Below are positions 27,201 through 36,022 of a DNA stretch of 38,526 nt, in pieces. Each line of letters begins with the position of its first letter. Position 1 is the first letter of the stretch. Under the pieces are notes generated by a model that did no database searches, had not been told where the DNA came from, and was given only the letters and a program-made list of their open reading frames with translations. The position numbers and the translations under genes were made by a program. This DNA comes from Bdellovibrionales bacterium (GTDB taxonomy: Bacteria; Bdellovibrionota_C; UBA2361; RFPC01), in the NCBI GenBank assembly GCA_020434565.1, contig JAGRAO010000005.1, forward strand, positions 1-38,526. The letters are read 5' to 3'.

Positions 27201-29955
27201 GACGGAGGAGAAAGCCGAGGGGATCGAACGCCTCATTCAGCTCTTCCGAAGACTCACACGAATCGACAATATTACCGTCAATCCGAAGGTGAACAGTCGG
27301 CGCGGGACCGTTGAACCGGCGTTGCTGGCTGAGAAACATCTTCTTCCGCGACTCGATCTCCTTGGTGAAACCTTCTTGAGCGGGAGCGGTGATGAAGCAC
27401 TCCTGTCGTTGCGCTACGAACTCACTGACAAGCTCAATCTTTTAGGAACTGCAGATACCATTACTGCAGAGGATACAACCGCCCTCGGTGCTGACCTTGA
27501 ATACGTAATTCTTGAACGCCAAGGGACTCTCACGAATTATACCTTTACGGGTAATTCCTCTCTCTCAAGTAGTGAAATCCTCGAAGAACTCAGATTGTCC
27601 AAATTGTCACGCATCCAGATTTCATCCGTTCCCAATCTTGCAAACCAGGTAGTCGCACTCTATCGCGCGAGAGGATTTTTGCAGAGCACAGCTACAACAG
27701 CATGCTTAGACGGTCGATACTATTGCCGCTCAATCGGAATCAACATTGAAGAAGGTCCCATTTCAAAAATTGCAGAACTGCGATTTACGGGAGAGCCGCT
27801 ACCAGCTGATGCGGTAAAACCGCCCAAATCGCCCCAAGGAGACGAGGCGACATTCGAAACGAGAGACCGTTATGTGCAAGACCTTACCCGAGCACTGCGA
27901 ACGGAGGGATATCTTCAGGCCAGAGTGAACGCTGCATATGAAGCGGTAGAGACCAAATCCAATGAGGTGTCTCTCACAATTGATCTCCGAACGGGGCCCC
28001 CGGTGAGTTTCATCTTTGAGGGAAACACGGTCTTTAGTGCAGAGGATTTCCTCAAAACGATTAACCTCTTTGATAGAAAGCTGCCTTTCGGAAACAACAC
28101 TATCCACATTCTCATAGAGAATATGGATAAACTCTACAGGGGGGCTGGCTATCTGTTTGCGACCATTCGCTTTGAAAAAGAAACGGCACCCGATACCAAG
28201 AGAACGACCTATCGGATCACTATTTCAGAGGAAAAGTCAGCTGCAGTATCCCAAGTGCAGTTTCTCGGAAACTCCTCTTTTCCTGGAGAACAGCTCAGAG
28301 AACTAATTGCAAACAATCCGGACAAAGAGCTTGTCGCCGAGATTTTTACTCCAAAAGTCGCCGTCCTCGAGGACCTTCAAGCACACGCTCAGCTTTTGGA
28401 AGGCGTGTATGAGGAGCAGGGATTTCCGGAGGTCTCGATTGAGCCGGGAATTGTGCCTGATCCAAATGAGCCGGTGGTAAGAATCACTTATACGGTTCAC
28501 GAGGGCTTTCGACAAATTTCCCAAGACATTCAGGTTCAAGGGTTTCCATCGGCAATCGTGCTCCCCTCCCTCCCCGCGGCTCCTTACTCCATACCTAAGG
28601 TGAATCGCTACATCCTTACTCTTCTTGATCGCCTGAAAGCGGCGGGGTATATACACGCCCAGATTCGCTCAGAGTGGTCTGAACAGGTCGCACAGATATT
28701 CGTTAAACCAGAAGCTCGTCATTCTCTCCGAGAGGTCATACTTCGCGGAAATCAAGAGATCGCAAGTGAAGTCATATTGTCTCAGCTCCGTCTCACGAAG
28801 GGCATGGCGTGGGATGACGAGGTGCTTGCGGAAGCTCGTCGACGATTGCTTCGACTCGGCGTCTTTTCCCGGGTTTCCTTCCAACGTGACGAAGTTACCC
28901 CAGACGAATCAGACCTTATAGTCAGGCTGAGTGAGCGACCCCTTCAAACCTTGGAGCTTGGCACCGGGATCAACTCTGAATTCGGTCTTCATCTGTTTGG
29001 AGAGGCCACCGACCGATCGCTGTTCGCAGATGGTCGAACGCTCTCCCTGCGATTCGATACCTACTACGACGATACCAAGGCCGAAATTTCACGTGGTTTA
29101 GCGAGTCTTCGATTCGTTGACCCGAGCCTCTTTGAAGAACGATATGTCTTTAGTAACGAACTTCGATACCAAAAGCTCAATCTCTCAACCCAAGAGTTCG
29201 ATCTCGACCGCATATCCTTTCTGACCTTTCTCTTTAGGGATTTTTCTCATGGGTTAAGCGGAAACCTCGGCCATACAATCTTTCAAGAAGACCTCAACGA
29301 CGTCAGTCCGGGAGCTGTCATTGGAGATTTTGATGAGGGAGTTGTCGACTTGAGCATCCTCTCCGGTAACCTGCTCTATGATCAGAGAAGCGATCCCCTG
29401 AATCCTCTTTCGGGATACCGCCTTCGCTTTGATTGGAGTCTCTCAAGCAAAGCGATTGCATCTGATGCAGACTATTTTTCGTTCGGAGGACAAGGAAGTT
29501 ACACCCTTCCTTTTGAAGCTCGCCAAGAACGTTTTGCATTGGCCACTCGCTTGCTTGGAGCCTCAGCCTGGACCTTTGGGGGTACGGATGAGATCCCAAT
29601 TAGTCAACGGTACTATGCCGGAGGTCGAAATACGGTGCGCGGATTTCGCGAGAACTCTCTCGGACCGAGAGGTTTTGACGGTGCAGTGATCGGGGGAGAT
29701 CTCGTTCTGACTTCAAACAACGAATTTCGATACTTTCTGAACGATGCCCTCTCGACACACCTCTTTTTTGACCTCGGAACAGTATTCCTCAAAGAGGAAT
29801 CAACGGATCTTCACAATCTCAGACGGAGCACGGGAGTTGGCATTCGATACCTCTCGGCAATTGGACCGATTGGCTTTGACATCGGTAAACCTCTAGACGA
29901 AAAGGAAGGAGAGCCGTCCGTTCGAGTTCACTTTTCACTCGGCACAAATTTTTGA
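24268..29955 (+). CDS. Giant 1,895-aa envelope protein: TamB-like (N-terminal signal-anchor + AsmA/DUF490 beta-taco, ~aa 1-1085) fused in frame to a POTRA-repeat + Omp85/BamA-type 16-strand beta-barrel (~aa 1090-1895)
   Basis: N-terminus KKRGIRLAVWGLVLGVLFGTGV is a signal anchor. TamB C-terminal signature: VRGQLSDPKVIGTLQTLNGWFGLRDTRFQITSGQVTLG...LTQNEILSLVSSGR...ALLSLRYELTDKLNLLGT. Several POTRA-like units follow (ISKIAELRFTGEP, VSQVQFLGNSSFPGEQLRELI, SLREVILRGNQEIASEVILSQLRL). The Omp85 barrel has YYAGGRNTVRGF and a terminal ...VHFSLGTNF. There is no stop codon over 5,688 nt. Confidence 0.75.
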   Translation: MTGQRKKRGIRLAVWGLVLGVLFGTGVRLLERFIASSLIDLLRDEARASCACDFQIDSIKMSLLTMSARAKNARVLFNGKPALTVKNLRATFRPFERILKRKIVLKHLLLDDIDVDGVGAESGTFLFINHLAEPLDPSKDHPLKFTVSLMNMTVQNAHVQQHVGGAKVEGFDVGLTYQRDDSDNLVLHPHAAKLVYASSEEEPIELGQLESELYITDDSIEFRTLALQAQDILSQVTATVFPQDGHRLEGKLSVKVGEKAKVFPPWLSVPLSAQADLGGTFSSPTAEGSFQIPADHSARIQISETPLLEFQQGAGSFSFNEHSGLEVPTLSFSGPTTELHLQEPLVLQGDTARGAARFQLQELRLGQTVIGDIDLVAKLESTPQNSLAVSIGGTVGRVQGFDYRTPPVSLRATVSSEKFKVSLSHSSPQFGAFSIQGDGSLQGGPESNQFQFQFENFAIPKVLESRLDSESDPLRISGSGALSGGLSLSDLSGAAEISLSSPDFSGEAALRGEATLKNQRVSLQIGNDSKSIEASLQLPLDETVSERGLLHLELRDFRPQEYDPSLSCILLDLSADYSFEAVAPWEGEGNVELRKATVGCSPHTLGLSAPASLSINLGSIQLRDLLWKGRDAGLRISGTVGIPEGYDLALSGEIDLESLLPYASSIDDLRGKTLIQAHVGGSFEAPRFGGSAKIEGGELSLEKANMSLSHVEGTLEIEPERINIRDISGTLNGGSFNLSGEVFPFTLEHSNLGLSFQDFFIEPESELQASLSGELFLTQGEADRPALAGTVTVDFAELKKSFDLLSLLRSLPSYLLSNSKTRESTSTQNLPAVDLDVRVKADRNVFILTTFLGAELNGDLYVRGQLSDPKVIGTLQTLNGWFGLRDTRFQITSGQVTLGTLQPEPQLDVVSETYASSIGGDDTLIILEAKGPLDSPKITLSSNRGLTQNEILSLVSSGRVGIQQDESRFFTSGLRLQETEEKAEGIERLIQLFRRLTRIDNITVNPKVNSRRGTVEPALLAEKHLLPRLDLLGETFLSGSGDEALLSLRYELTDKLNLLGTADTITAEDTTALGADLEYVILERQGTLTNYTFTGNSSLSSSEILEELRLSKLSRIQISSVPNLANQVVALYRARGFLQSTATTACLDGRYYCRSIGINIEEGPISKIAELRFTGEPLPADAVKPPKSPQGDEATFETRDRYVQDLTRALRTEGYLQARVNAAYEAVETKSNEVSLTIDLRTGPPVSFIFEGNTVFSAEDFLKTINLFDRKLPFGNNTIHILIENMDKLYRGAGYLFATIRFEKETAPDTKRTTYRITISEEKSAAVSQVQFLGNSSFPGEQLRELIANNPDKELVAEIFTPKVAVLEDLQAHAQLLEGVYEEQGFPEVSIEPGIVPDPNEPVVRITYTVHEGFRQISQDIQVQGFPSAIVLPSLPAAPYSIPKVNRYILTLLDRLKAAGYIHAQIRSEWSEQVAQIFVKPEARHSLREVILRGNQEIASEVILSQLRLTKGMAWDDEVLAEARRRLLRLGVFSRVSFQRDEVTPDESDLIVRLSERPLQTLELGTGINSEFGLHLFGEATDRSLFADGRTLSLRFDTYYDDTKAEISRGLASLRFVDPSLFEERYVFSNELRYQKLNLSTQEFDLDRISFLTFLFRDFSHGLSGNLGHTIFQEDLNDVSPGAVIGDFDEGVVDLSILSGNLLYDQRSDPLNPLSGYRLRFDWSLSSKAIASDADYFSFGGQGSYTLPFEARQERFALATRLLGASAWTFGGTDEIPISQRYYAGGRNTVRGFRENSLGPRGFDGAVIGGDLVLTSNNEFRYFLNDALSTHLFFDLGTVFLKEESTDLHNLRRSTGVGIRYLSAIGPIGFDIGKPLDEKEGEPSVRVHFSLGTNF

Positions 29956-29961
29956 TGCACT

Positions 29962-31722
29962 TTAAGCTACCTTTGAGATTTCAGCATTCTCTGGGGAGTT
30001 CACGGCTGGGAGGGGAACCGCTTTGGGGGAGTCTTTTCCCTTGCTTCGCTCGAGTTCCCACAACTTGACGTATTTTAAAAATGTGTAAAAAGCTTCAGCG
30101 ACGGCTACCATGAACCCGATGCCTCCTTCTCGATAGCCACGCTTGAGAAGAAAGAATTTCATCCATCGAAACGGTGGTCGCAATACAATCTTTGCAAGAC
30201 TGCTTCGGGTTCCCTGCTGATACATCGCTTCGGCAGACTGACTCGAAAAGCGGTTCAACGTCGCTATAAGATCCGAAAAGTTCTCATAGGTATAGTGAAA
30301 GAGGTGACCCGCCAACTTCGAGGTATTCCCACACACTATTGCCTTCTCGTGCGGGTTCACTCCACCCCACTTCGCCAGTTTTCTTCGAAAGAACCGCATG
30401 CGATATTCCGGATGCCATCCTCCCTGATCCCACCATCGGTCTAAGAACCGAACAACCCGGCAAAGAAAGTAGCCATCACTCACTGCTTGTCCGTGAAAAT
30501 CCTCCGCGAGGATTCTCCCGATATTCCCCTGCAGCTCAGTCGAGAGTTCTTCGTCCGAATCGAGATTTAATACCCAATCGTAAGAGCACTGTTCCAATGC
30601 AAACTGCTTCTGTTCTCTGTGGCCGGGCCAGTGACGCTCAATCAAACGAACCCGTGGATACCGCCGACAAATCTCAAGAGTTCGATCGGTAGAGCCACTA
30701 TCGACAATAACCAATTCATCACACCACGAGATTGAGTCTAAACAACGAGCGATGTTCTTCTCTTCATTCTTACAGATGACAAAGGCAGATATACGAGAAC
30801 GGTTGAGCTGACTCGGAGTAAGTCCATCCTGAAGGACACGAAAGACCTCTTCAGGTGACGTTTCTTGCGCGGGTGAGAGAATGTCAAGAGTCGAACGAAA
30901 CGGTGCCCAACGTTGCGGATGCATCGAGCGATTTCCTGGATAAATTCCCACTCCAGCGAGCCCAATAGCTGAAGCAAGATGAGTGATACCCGTTGAGGGA
31001 CCGATATACTTCTTCGCTCTCGAGAGAAGCCCCAACACTTCATCCAGTTTCTGAAGCCGTACAAAGTGAAGCCGTTCAGAATCTTTGAGAATTTTCGGAA
31101 ATTTTTCGAAGAGGCCTTTCTCAGCCGGTCCGGCAAGTACAACAACATCAAGTTCGAGCTTCGCTCTCACGAGTTCAATCAAGGCAAACCACTTATCTAA
31201 AGGCCACGCGACGGCTGAAACACTCGCACCAGGCATACAAACCAGGTACGGACGATCTGTGGGTGAGGCATTCGTGATGACTCGAAAGTCTTCGAGAGAG
31301 AGCCTCTCTTTCAATCTCCTATTCTTCAACGCAGGATCAACAAGCGTTAAGAGCTGCCAATTGTATTCTGCTTCATTGAGGAGAGCTCTTGAGCGGCGAA
31401 TATATCTCCGATCAGTGTAGAGCGCGCTAAACCAACGGGCAGAATTTCCTACTCGCTTCGGCACCCGCTGACCGAAGTAATGCGCTGCCGTGCGCCACTT
31501 GGCCATCAGATCTACCACGACATCAAATTCACCCCGCGCAATCGGGTCCCCGAAAGTGTGCACCCCATCAATGAAGGACACATTCTCAACGAGCGGACGG
31601 GTATACGGACTAACATCAAAGTAGATCTCAGCCGAAGGAAGGAGAGCCTTGAGCTGCTTGGCTCCGTGAAGAGCTAAAACAACGTCTCCGATTTTATCAG
31701 GCCGGGATATAAGTACTCTCAC
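29962..31722 (-). CDS. Bifunctional glycosyltransferase: N-terminal GT9 (ADP-heptose:LPS heptosyltransferase-like) fused to C-terminal GT2 family glycosyltransferase
   Basis: GTG start with GAGGAAAAG upstream. N-terminus MRVLISRPDKIGDVVLALHGAKQLK is the GT9 start. The C-terminal half has ISAFVICKNEEKNIARCLDSI...LVIVDSGSTDRT and DSDEE (GT2 DxD). It is convergent, 6 nt from the giant gene's stop. Confidence 0.7.
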   Translation of the reverse strand: MRVLISRPDKIGDVVLALHGAKQLKALLPSAEIYFDVSPYTRPLVENVSFIDGVHTFGDPIARGEFDVVVDLMAKWRTAAHYFGQRVPKRVGNSARWFSALYTDRRYIRRSRALLNEAEYNWQLLTLVDPALKNRRLKERLSLEDFRVITNASPTDRPYLVCMPGASVSAVAWPLDKWFALIELVRAKLELDVVVLAGPAEKGLFEKFPKILKDSERLHFVRLQKLDEVLGLLSRAKKYIGPSTGITHLASAIGLAGVGIYPGNRSMHPQRWAPFRSTLDILSPAQETSPEEVFRVLQDGLTPSQLNRSRISAFVICKNEEKNIARCLDSISWCDELVIVDSGSTDRTLEICRRYPRVRLIERHWPGHREQKQFALEQCSYDWVLNLDSDEELSTELQGNIGRILAEDFHGQAVSDGYFLCRVVRFLDRWWDQGGWHPEYRMRFFRRKLAKWGGVNPHEKAIVCGNTSKLAGHLFHYTYENFSDLIATLNRFSSQSAEAMYQQGTRSSLAKIVLRPPFRWMKFFLLKRGYREGGIGFMVAVAEAFYTFLKYVKLWELERSKGKDSPKAVPLPAVNSPENAEISKVA

Positions 31723-32207
31723 CTTTTCCTCGAGATAAATTTGGTCCCTGTAAAATTACGAGAGGGTCATACAGAGAATCTCGCCCGAGATCTCTAAAGT
31801 CGTACGATCAAACCCCGTACGGTCTCCCTCTTAACGACTTTCGACCAACGAAAAGTATTCGTGTGCTTTGGACAGGCCGACTCCGTTTCGACCGCTTTCA
31901 GCCGCCAAAAGTATAAATTGGTCACCGAGTATACCTACTCAGAGGTTCGAAGCTACTGGGAGACGAGAAATTACCCCTTTTTTTGCCGGGGCGACAAGCA
32001 CATAAAAATTAATATTGTTAGTTAGTTAGCTAGCTTTCCCCCAGACCCTCTCCCTTTTGGGTCTGGCAAACCACGTTTTTTGTACCCTCGCCACAGCTCC
32101 CTGCATCCTAACTTACCAGAAAGGGTTATTCCCGTTCTACCGACCGGAAGTGTGTGTGGTTCAATGACGAAAAAAATGGGTTACTTCCGGGATTTAAGAG
32201 GTTGGAC

Positions 32208-33257
32208 ATGGAAAAGCAGGTGATAATATTTGCAAATGGTGCTGAGAAGGGTCGAGTGGAGGAGATAGCCAATCTCTCTCCTATGAGCTCAGTGCTGATA
32301 GTTGACGATAGCAACAGAGGGTTCAGCCTCCCTGAGGGCGCACAGACGACCAATTCACAGGATTTTTTCGGCACACGAATAGCTGAGCTTGAATCAACTC
32401 GTTGTGCCGCTATCGTGATCGACGCAGCGTGGGATATCGAAATTGCCTCTCTCGGGCCGGTACTTGAAGAAGCGAGCCGATCAGACGAGAACACTGTCAC
32501 GATCTTCCCCTTAAGCCACGGAGAGGAGATTCAATTCTCGCAAGATCTCACGATTGACACTGCGATCAACCTCTGTCACCCGCAGCAAGCCTGGCCAGTA
32601 GGGACAGCCGCTATCTGCTCGTCGACGTTTGAATCCATAAAGGAGCCTGAGAATTGCTCTCAGTTTATTGGACAAGCGATTCTTGCCGCACTCAGCATCG
32701 GGTGTAGCCTTCGACTTGGAGCGAATACCCTTGTTCTCAAAAAATCTTCAGAATGGAAGGGGACTCTCTCTCAAAGAGATCTCTCCGCACTTCTCAAGTA
32801 CGCTGTTGGGACGCTCAATATCGAAGAACTCTTCCCAAATCACTCATGGCAGACTCATCAAGAAGAGAGTGCGGCTGCTTGTTATCACACTCTAGCGGCA
32901 ATGTTCTTGAAATTTAATGACCTTGAGGCTGCCAAAGAATGTCTCTCTTTCGGAGATCAACTTGAAGATAGTCCTCGATCATTGGCTCTTAAAGGACTGA
33001 TCGCACTGACAGAAGGAGAAACCCTGACGGCAGTGGCGAATATGGTTTCAAGTCTTCAAGAGTATGAAAAGCGAAAAAAGTCGACTTCACAGCACTATCT
33101 CGCTTTTCAACCTCGGGATTTGGAGCAAATCAATACGAGTCTTCAGAGCGGACTTTCAGCTTTGAATGAGAGAGACAACGACCTTGCGATGAAACATTTC
33201 ACAAGCGCTGTTTTCAACTTCGACCAATTCTATCTCGATATTGGTCTCTCTCAGTAG
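32208..33257 (+). CDS. Hypothetical protein (N-terminal alpha/beta region, C-terminal TPR-like helical region)
   Basis: ATG at 32208 (MEKQVIIF) with AAGAGG upstream. Transcribed divergently from the GT9-GT2 gene across an AT-rich 480-bp intergenic region. Confidence 0.45.
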   Translation: MEKQVIIFANGAEKGRVEEIANLSPMSSVLIVDDSNRGFSLPEGAQTTNSQDFFGTRIAELESTRCAAIVIDAAWDIEIASLGPVLEEASRSDENTVTIFPLSHGEEIQFSQDLTIDTAINLCHPQQAWPVGTAAICSSTFESIKEPENCSQFIGQAILAALSIGCSLRLGANTLVLKKSSEWKGTLSQRDLSALLKYAVGTLNIEELFPNHSWQTHQEESAAACYHTLAAMFLKFNDLEAAKECLSFGDQLEDSPRSLALKGLIALTEGETLTAVANMVSSLQEYEKRKKSTSQHYLAFQPRDLEQINTSLQSGLSALNERDNDLAMKHFTSAVFNFDQFYLDIGLSQ

Positions 33258-33598
33258 TTGCACTTCTCGACACCTCTCTTGGATAAGAGAGCCGTGTCGT
33301 AAACAAACTCCTGCCTTGTACTTAGGCGTGAGCGCGATTCGGCCGCTCCGAACTACGCCCTCGTCAATACGGGGACCCGCCCTTTCCTGCTCCTAATCCT
33401 TACCCTCATCCAATAACGATCGAGGAGGAGAAGGATTGGGGGCTGTCACTGACAGATCTACATGAAATTGAGCTTTCTTTTCCTTGTGAGTTGCACTTGA
33501 ACGTGCACGCTAAAGGGTATCGCATCTGATTATCCCAGAGTGCGTGGGGATTTCTCAGGGGCTGTTACAAGCAAGACGAGGTACACGGCTTCTGCCTT

Positions 33599-34429
33599 CT
33601 AACGTATTCCAGCCACGTAGCAGATCCAGGTATCCCAATCAGGCCCGACCGTCTCACGACATTCGTATCCGGTAGGATGCTTATCGGAATTTTCAACTTC
33701 CCAATAAATTTTCATGTCTGAGAAACCGGCTTCTTCCAGACAATCCCTCAGTTCCGGCAAAGTCCATATTCGCCAATCATAGTGAAAAACATTTCTAAAC
33801 TTTTTCTTCTTGGAGAGATCGAAGTGAATATTGTACTTCGCTCGATGCGAAATCGGATCGTACTGCTCGTGCTCCCAGCGATATTGAAATTTTGTCACTG
33901 AACTATCACCGTTAAGCCGACAAGAAACCTTCCGCTTTTCTTCAAAAGGGACCTCGATAAAGCCGGGGCCACCCGGAGTTTCCAATACGACAACGCCCTC
34001 TTTCCTGAGGCTTTCTCGACACCCCAAAAGATACCGAAGGAGTTCTTCTCGAGAGTGAAAGACAAAATAAGAAAAATTACAGGCCGCAATAAGGTCGACC
34101 TTTGGGTCTCGCACATCAAGCACGTTCGACTGAACGATCTGAAGCCTTTCCTGCTCATTTTGACTGAGGTGACTGAAATGCTTCTTTCGACCCACTGCGA
34201 GAGGCTCGCCATCAAGATCGATACAGAGCGCTCTCCTCTTTGGACCTTGCTTCACCCATTCCGACGAGATGAGGAATGTTCCACAAAAATCCTCCCGTAG
34301 AAATTGCGGCTTCTTCTTAAACGTCTCAGTGTATATCTGCTCAAATACCCCAATCTGCTGATCCGCATCCTGGACCGATGCCTCATACAGCTCATACTTC
34401 AGAGTAGTTTCGAGTTGATGCTTCGCCAT
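33599..34429 (-). CDS. Class I SAM-dependent methyltransferase-like protein
   Basis: AAGGAAAAAGGAAAG RBS. Motif I-like EDFCGTFLIS and post-I ALCIDLDGEPL. Rossmann-like alternation. A weak call. Confidence 0.45.
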   Translation of the reverse strand: MAKHQLETTLKYELYEASVQDADQQIGVFEQIYTETFKKKPQFLREDFCGTFLISSEWVKQGPKRRALCIDLDGEPLAVGRKKHFSHLSQNEQERLQIVQSNVLDVRDPKVDLIAACNFSYFVFHSREELLRYLLGCRESLRKEGVVVLETPGGPGFIEVPFEEKRKVSCRLNGDSSVTKFQYRWEHEQYDPISHRAKYNIHFDLSKKKKFRNVFHYDWRIWTLPELRDCLEEAGFSDMKIYWEVENSDKHPTGYECRETVGPDWDTWICYVAGIR

Positions 34430-34759
34430 TCTTTCCTTTTTCCTTCAAAATTTTGAAACAAGACAAATAACGAGGTTACGCTCAAATGTCCACCCACTTC
34501 AGCAAAGCACTGTACGCCCGGCTCATTCTCAATCGTGAGGGGATCTACTCGCAGAGCACTCACTATGCGAGCGAATGGGAAAATGCCCCCTCTTTCCCGC
34601 AAATCCGGGCCCAGAGAAACAGCGCGCCGACATGTACCTCGCGACATCCATTCTCGGGAGTCGGACTCGACCGTAAGAGGTATTCACTAAATTCTCTCTT
34701 ATGTATAGTAGGAGAATCATAATCTGAGAGTACCGGCTCTTTCAGGAAGCAGCGCAAGG

Positions 34760-35791
34760 ATGGCGTTTCAATTTTTTCCAAAAAGCAGGGAGCTTCGTGA
34801 GGATCTCTTTCTTCTCGGGATTATTTCCGTGCTCATGATTATTGGAACAGTTGGATTTCGATATCTTGAGGGATGGACAATCCTCGAATCTTTTTACATG
34901 ACGGTGATAACTCTCTCGACCGTTGGATTTATGGAAGTCCACCCCTTGTCGGACGCCGGCCGTATTTTTACGTCATTTCTAATCATTGCTGGAGTAGGGG
35001 TTGTCATGGTGTTGCTTACACAAGCCGCAAGCCACGTGGTACAGCGCCAACTTCACTGGGTTGCAAGGAGAGGACCGATGAATCAACGCATTCAAAATCT
35101 ATCGGGGCATATTATCTTTTGTGGATTCGGGAGGCTTGCGCAGGTCGCCGTAGAAGAACTTCGACACAAGAACAAGCCTCTTGTGATCATCGATGCAGAT
35201 GAATCTCGGATCGACGCTGCCACCGAAGCAGATATTCTCGCAATACACGGGGACGCTACGAATGACGAACTCCTGCGAAAGGCAGGTATAGGTCGAGCTG
35301 CTCAGCTCGTAAGCCTTCTCCCGAAGGACGCCGACAATTTGTATGTCATTTTAGCTGCTCGAGAACTCAATCCAAACGTTTTTACTCTCACGCGAGCTGA
35401 GTTTGAAGAGGGAGAAAAGCGACTCAAGCGTGCCGGAGCTAGCAAAATTATTTCTCCCTTTCGAGTTGGGGGTCAAAAGATAGCAGACGGACTCTTGCGT
35501 CCACACGTTATGGATTTCCTTGAGCTCGCGGCTTCAGGAACACAAAAGGATCTCGTCATTGAGGAGATTCGGATCCCTGAGAGCGCATCACTTCACGGCA
35601 AAACCCTTTTGGAAACAGGGCTGCGGGAAAAAACTCAGATTCTTGTCGTTGCGATTGTTTCTTCGTCTGGGGAAACAATTTTTAATCCCAAGGGAGATAC
35701 GCGAATCTCTGGCGGAACGACTCTGATTGGACTTGGACGCCGCGTCGACTTTGAGAAACTCGAATCACTTCTCATCGAAGATGTGGCATAA
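34760..35791 (+). CDS. Two-TM potassium-channel family protein with cytoplasmic RCK (TrkA-N + TrkA-C) domain (MthK/Kch-like), non-canonical filter
   Basis: Two N-terminal TMs flank a pore helix and filter TLSTVGFME (the canonical sequence is TVGYGD/TVGFGD). The RCK Rossmann fold is IIFCGFGRLAQVAVEELR...VIIDAD. The TrkA-C region is IEEIRIPESASLHGKTL. Confidence 0.75.
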   Translation: MAFQFFPKSRELREDLFLLGIISVLMIIGTVGFRYLEGWTILESFYMTVITLSTVGFMEVHPLSDAGRIFTSFLIIAGVGVVMVLLTQAASHVVQRQLHWVARRGPMNQRIQNLSGHIIFCGFGRLAQVAVEELRHKNKPLVIIDADESRIDAATEADILAIHGDATNDELLRKAGIGRAAQLVSLLPKDADNLYVILAARELNPNVFTLTRAEFEEGEKRLKRAGASKIISPFRVGGQKIADGLLRPHVMDFLELAASGTQKDLVIEEIRIPESASLHGKTLLETGLREKTQILVVAIVSSSGETIFNPKGDTRISGGTTLIGLGRRVDFEKLESLLIEDVA

Positions 35792-35820
35792 GCAGCCAGA
35801 GATTTTTGAGTGAAAGAGAC

Positions 35821-35856
35821 GGCACGAGCGCTGCTTTAGGCTCGTGCCCTTCGTTT
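35821..35856 (+). terminator. Probable intrinsic terminator of K+ channel gene
   Basis: GGCACGAGC-N10-GCTCGTGCC, a perfect 9-bp stem, followed by CTTCGTTTG. Confidence 0.5.
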
Positions 35857-36022
35857 GCAGGGACTCCAGTCGAGGCTCCACTCGCTTAACAGCGTTGGCT
35901 CGCCGTAGGCGAAAAGGGCGGACGAAGTATGGTTCCAAGATTGATCCGTAAAAATTGTCGCGACACTAGCGAGTTAGAACCAATCACGGTACCGTTAGTG
36001 AACCCTTTTTTTTGGATGAATC

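Noticed and set aside
31950-32075. AT-rich segment with stops in all frames (TAGTTAGTTAGCTAGC) and an 8-bp-stem hairpin CCAGACCC…GGGTCTGG
   Set aside because: I considered an IS end or a terminator. There are no terminal inverted repeats or transposase ORF, and no U-tract after the hairpin. I interpreted it as a divergent promoter region between the GT9-GT2 gene and the 32208 gene.
33258-33598. 340-bp convergent intergenic region with imperfect inverted repeats (CTCCTAATCCTT…AAGGATTGGGGG) and a 10-bp direct repeat AGTTGCACTT
   Set aside because: It is probably a bidirectional terminator region. No ORF or RNA-gene signature could be supported.
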